DNA from: Azolla caroliniana
Taxonomy: Eukaryota; Plantae; Polypodiophyta
Assembly: GCA_043228905.1 (NCBI GenBank)
Contig: JBHGNT010000013.1
Location: 744,001-808,000, forward strand
DNA: 64,000 nucleotides
Direction of reading: 5' to 3'
The first letter of the stretch is position 1; each line of letters starts with the position of its first letter. Below are positions 58,721-64,000 of the stretch, one piece after another. A program made the position numbers and the translations under genes. Under the pieces are notes generated by a model. That model had not been told where the DNA came from and searched no databases. It saw only the letters and a program-made list of their open reading frames with translations.

Positions 58721-59869
58721 CATAACTTTTTTCAAACGCATTCCTTAACAGATAGAGTCTTTCTTTGTACACCAAGATTGTTTGGAGAGGGCCAAACTGA
58801 GGTATACCCTAATGCTGGTGATTCAAGGGATACAAGCATCAAATTGTGCCTACGTTTATCGGTGCTAGTGCTCTTCACTTGGGCAAACTTCATTTAGACA
58901 CTTTTAAGCTCCTTAATAACTAATAACCATGATAAATATATCTTACTTAAATGAGTTAATCTAGACATTCAAACAAAGCTGATCAACTAGAAAATATATG
59001 CTAAGGCACACATACTATAATTATCAATACAATCAACTTCATATAAGGGGTCAACGCATTTAAGAAAAAAGTCTTAAGCCTTGGATACTCAATTGCAAAG
59101 GATTAGACCTTGAGGAGTGAGAGAAAGAGATTAGATGATTAAGCTCTAAAATGAGGATATCAAGTTGAAGTGGAGAAAGGCTAAAAGTGGCCTTTATTGT
59201 ATTTACATTGCCCTCAAACTCACACCTAAATGACTATGAGGTCCTATCTCATTTGTTTTCTATCTCTTGTTGCTTTTTTGTTGTAGCAAACTTTCCACTT
59301 GAGTATTGATGGATATTTGCATGCCATTGCAATAGGGCATAAAAAAAGTGTATGCTAAGTACTTATATCCCCTCAATCTAATGAGTGCACTACTATATGT
59401 ATCGAGTGTGGTGGTTTAAGAGATGGTGAGTGTGAGTGTAAATGGAATCTTTTGGGCAACTAATGATGGGGTTGCACCCATTGGTGATGATTTTAGGACT
59501 AGATGAACACATTCTTGGGTTGCAATGACAAGTGCCTAGGTAATGTAGTGTGACAAGTTCAATTTCAAGCCCACAACCTTCTTAGTTGTTAGGAAATGCG
59601 TTTGGCCCATTAATTGGGATGAAGAAACTTGTTCATGAGGTTACATGTGGCTAGGCATATGTTGTCGTGGTGTGTGTGTGTGTGTGTGTGTGTTGGAATC
59701 ACTTAATCCCTCTTTCTCACTCCTTAAAGACTAACGCTTTGCAAATACATAAGTGACCAAGTTTTTTGCATTCTAGCTTTAATACTTGGGCCCCTTGTAT
59801 GAAGTTGATTATATTGGTAAAGCCATCCCAAATAGTGAAGACGCCTGCTAGGCTTTGCTAAGTGAATTA

Positions 59870-60660
59870 GAGAAATGTAAATTCGATTGAACTTTGGTTG
59901 AGTTCCGTGGTTACATCATCTTTCTTGATGACATCACCATGGATGCATAAAAAATAGGAACCCTCCTAAATTAAGAGACTCCAAATTGTATGAAAGATAT
60001 TCAATCTTTTTGGGGATTCATTAATTTCTATTGATGATTCATATGTCCATTCTCCACTATTGCCCAATTGCTGATTACTCACTCTTCTGTTAAGTAAAAT
60101 CTTCTTATAATCAACTTGTCTAGTGGATTCCATATGCACAAAAGGCATTTGACACCCTCAAGAAAGCATTCATTATATCTCCTATTCTCATGCATCCTCA
60201 TATGACTAAAGTGTTCATTGTGGAAACTAATGTTTAAACTTTTCTTTATATTTGATTATATCCCAACTCCATGATTGTGCTATTTCACATCCCATTTGTT
60301 CTTCTGTTGGAAGTTCACATATCTAGAGAATCTTGTATATGACAAAGAGTTGGTTACCATCATCTTTGAATTAGAGGAATGGTGGTCCTACCTAGTTGGG
60401 ATTGAAAGTTGGACTCAAGTGCTCACAAATCATAAAAAAATCATCTACTTCACCACAATTCATACTATGAACAATTCAAAAGCCTGTTGGTCCAATTTAT
60501 TAGCTAATTATGACTTCGAAATTTCCTTCTGACAAAGCTCTCAACAAGGGAAAGTGGATGTTCTTTCCTTACATTGAAAATTTGAACTTCGGTGCGGTGA
60601 TGAGACCTATGGCCAACAAACTCATTGCCTTTAAAAACTTGACCAAGTTAGATTGTGTGC
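59870..60660 (+). pseudogene. Highly degenerate Ty3/gypsy RT-RNase H
   Basis: VEFRGYII..ITMD..MKDIQSF..GFINFY; AFDTLKKAFIISPILMHP..FIVETN; VYDKELVTII..EEWWSYL..TNHK..WSNLLANYDFEI. Confidence 0.8.
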
Positions 60661-60924
60661 AATTTACACTCTAGATGATGAATGATTATTTACAAGAATT
60701 CTTCACGGCAATTATCTTAGTCCAGTTACCTAAAGAAATTAACGAAGATACTATGGGTTCAGGAAGGGAGAAATGAATTACGATATCAATCATTAGTTCA
60801 AGTTATTGTGAAGTTACACATGTGTGTATGAATTTTAAGCGGGACCATTGGGGACTTGAACCGGAGAGGATGGGTTAACTCGAGTCTCCTAGTTTCAGTG
60901 TTCGAGGATGTCGTCATCCATAAT

Positions 60925-61586
60925 AGTTTTTTTATTTTTTATTTTTTGTGAATGTTGATTTTTACTTGAATTTTTATTTGTCTAATTTTGCATAAACTTC
61001 ATGTTAGTGTTTTTCATGTATGCCAAGTTGAGTGAGTATAGGTATCTATCAACGAGAGAGGTAACTATTTTTTGTTATTATTTTTAAATGATTTATATTT
61101 ATATTTATTTATTTCCCTATTTTATTTTACTACTATTTTTTTTTCCTTGAAAGATTTTCTTCAGTAGTATTAAGAAAAAATGCCCGAAGGCTATAACTTG
61201 AAGTTATGTGCCCAGAGGCTTACAACATTTTATTTTACTACTATTATTATTGTTCTTATTATTATAATTTAATTATTATTATGGTTATTTGATTTGATTA
61301 GATTAGTTATTTATATTTTATTAATTTAATTTAATAATAATAATAATATTTATGATTTCTTTCTTTATTTCTTTTAATATTCTTATTATTGTTTTCTTAT
61401 TATTATTTTATGTCTATTTACTTATTTTATTTTATTGTTATTATTTATTAGTATTATTATTAGTTATTTACTATATATATATATATATATTCTTTAAGTG
61501 TCAGGTGACGTCAATTGATGTCACCCGCAACGGTAGGAGGAGAGGAGTCAAGTGTTCCACTCTGACGCTCTAGTAGAGCGGTCTAG
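60925..61586 (+). mobile_element. Possible non-autonomous Helitron 3' end
   Basis: Very AT-rich tract followed by palindrome CGCTCTA-G-TAGAGCG (61566-61580) and CTAG|T (61583-61587). Spacing is shorter than canonical. Confidence 0.3.
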
Positions 61587-64000
61587 TAACAACCACATGC
61601 ACTACTCGAATAACTCCTCATAGAGGGAGAATGTGTTATGGATAATGGAATACAACCCCCTTCATTACAGAAAGAATCTTAACATCCAAACAAAAACAAA
61701 TCAAAGCCTTGGCCCCCCCAAAAAGGTTTCATCATCGATAACCTCTTGGAGTCTACTTAGAGAATGTTATTTAGTAGAGTGAATGTTAAGTGAAGAAGCT
61801 ATGGTACATTAATTAAACTTTAACTCTTCATGAATCCCCCTAAAATTGATCACGAATGAGCGCCTATACTTGTGCATAAATGTATGATGAACTCAAATGC
61901 AATACACTTAACAATGCCTCTATCTATAAGCGTTTCAACTAGCACGAGTCCTCGATGTCTCGCTTCGTAACAAGCATATTCTAAGTATGCACATTCTTTG
62001 AAAGATTGTACCCATCCTTGAGCCTATCATGTGACATTGGAAAGTTTGTTTTAACACAAACATGTAGTTGTACAAAGAACACTAAAAATCGAAAACCTTA
62101 AATGTTGAGATTTTAGTTGAGGATCATCTACATCTATAGAAAGCTAAATGGAACAGAGCTTTATGTGCTAAATCACAACTTGAAAGATTTTCCTCTATAA
62201 GTCTAGTACAACTATACTTGGAAATTGAATGTGTAAAATTGATGGTGTGGTGGAAAAATTAATTCTATAATTTTTTTGCATTATGATCCTATCTAGGTTT
62301 ATTTAGACAAACAACATAAATTTCACTTTGACATCATCGTATAAATTGCTAGTTTGATCTTACAAAATAGTTTTACAAACTCATATTCCGCAACACATCG
62401 TACCAAGTCTTCTTTCATAAGAATGGGTTTTGTGGGTTCGCTTTCCATGACCTAATGGTCGAAAATGACAACGTGCTATAATCCAATAAAAGTCATCACA
62501 TAGAATGATCCACATCATGATGTAAGAAAAAAAAAGCTCTTGAAAGAGGAATTTAGTGGTAATCCAGCAAGATGGTTGATGGGGAAAGAGGAAGCATAGT
62601 TGTTGACTTTACAGCCATGAATGTGGAAAGTGGTTCTCTTGAAAAACCAAAGAACGTAGTTGATCACCTTCAAAACCGAAGAAGTATTGAATGACTCATA
62701 ACTATGACCTAAGAGGGTTTGTTTCCAAATAGAGTTATTTTCGTTGTTGCCTATGGATATGGATACCTTGCAATGTGTCTAGGGAATAGATTGTAATTGT
62801 TGGACTGTTTTCTCTATGTTGGAGTACATAGGTTTGTTTCCTCAACCGTTGTCTACATAAGACGGGCTTGGGAAAAAATACTTGTATGATGTAACCGTTA
62901 TGACCTTTCTTTATAACTAATGGAAGGATAATTTGTTTTGAAAAAGAAAAAAAAGGCTCTATTGAGGCATCTAAAAATATGAAACCAAAGAAGTATTGTT
63001 GCCGAAAATTTATGATATCTATAAACAAATATATGGCTATAGATGTATGAGAAATTCAAACTAGTGTGATTGCTTATTTGCAAATTTAATTCCATACACT
63101 TACTCATACTTAAGGCTTCTAATCACATTGCAATCTAGATTGAACACATATTTCCTATTTTTAGTGTTTATCTTAGAAATGAGAGTTTCAAAGTTATTTA
63201 AGAAGGGTTTTCTCCACATAGCATGTGTTCTAACTAAGATTATAGTAGTAACACTTTTTGATACCGAATATGGTCCAAAGATAGTATGTTTTGGGATGCA
63301 TTTAATCCCATGTTGCGATCCTTGCTATATGACCAATTACTTCAACTTCAGTTTGATATGTCTATCCTCGAGAGATGGTCGTAAATAAATGATGAAAATA
63401 ATATAAATTCAACTGGAAACTCGATGAAAAGCAAATGCAATTTAATGATTGTTAAGTATTTTTATGGTGTGTGGTTTTCATAAATATTACCTTTCAATAT
63501 TGTATTTTATCTAGTCCACTTGAATGCAAATTCAAATAGTAGAAATTCAAAACCTATTGTTATTTTAGAAATGGTAGATACAAAATAAAAATCAATTAAA
63601 ACGGAATGTGGATCAACCTAGTCCACAATCGTGTGGATACATGTGCATAACAATCCTAATTGAATCTTTAGAGCTTGTGATGATACAATGGTATATGTGT
63701 TTTTTTTTTTCCCTAAGAGATGAAAGTTAATAGCACTATGTATATTTGAGTATACAAAATACATGGTTTTCAACATTCATAATCTAAATAAACTAGGAAA
63801 GTTGTGATTGTGACTAGAATGAAGTGTTTGAATGCAGATGCAACAATCTTGTCTGTAACACAAGATTTTGGACCAATGGCTCTATGCAATGAGGGTTTGA
63901 TGTTGGGTCTTAAAGTGGCTAGATGTCATATCAAAGCAATCCTTATCAACTTCTACAAGGAATTTCCATTTACTGTCCACAATGTCTAATTTGATGGCTA

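Overview
This is eukaryotic nuclear DNA from a land plant. Tcn1-like chromoviruses, non-L1 LINEs and tRNA-Trp-primed Ty3 elements point to a non-seed plant such as a fern (inference). One host gene is supported: a 5-exon, minus-strand RWP-RK/RKD transcription factor (CDS 27431->23356, about 560 aa), with a telobox-rich first intron and a large GA/GT microsatellite field upstream. The rest is mostly retrotransposon. It includes a young full-length Ty1/copia (4791-10346, GGAAG TSD, two nonsense codons), an RT/RNaseH-deleted copia (14199-18175), and two solo LTRs plus one non-autonomous element of a Ty3 lineage that makes 4-bp CpG-centred TSDs. A ~19-kb nest (37466-56803) contains chromovirus, copia and LINE pieces stacked up to four deep. 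The most unusual signals are: (1) an antisense tRNA-like A/B-box module in U3, upstream of the TATA box, in LTRs of three different Ty3 families; (2) NCGN target-site duplications; (3) a co-varying 3' stem-loop shared by diverged LINEs; (4) a heat-shock-element array in a chromovirus LTR; (5) a hairpin enclosing the PPT/LTR junction of one copia lineage. All coordinates and counts were read by eye; no database searches were run.
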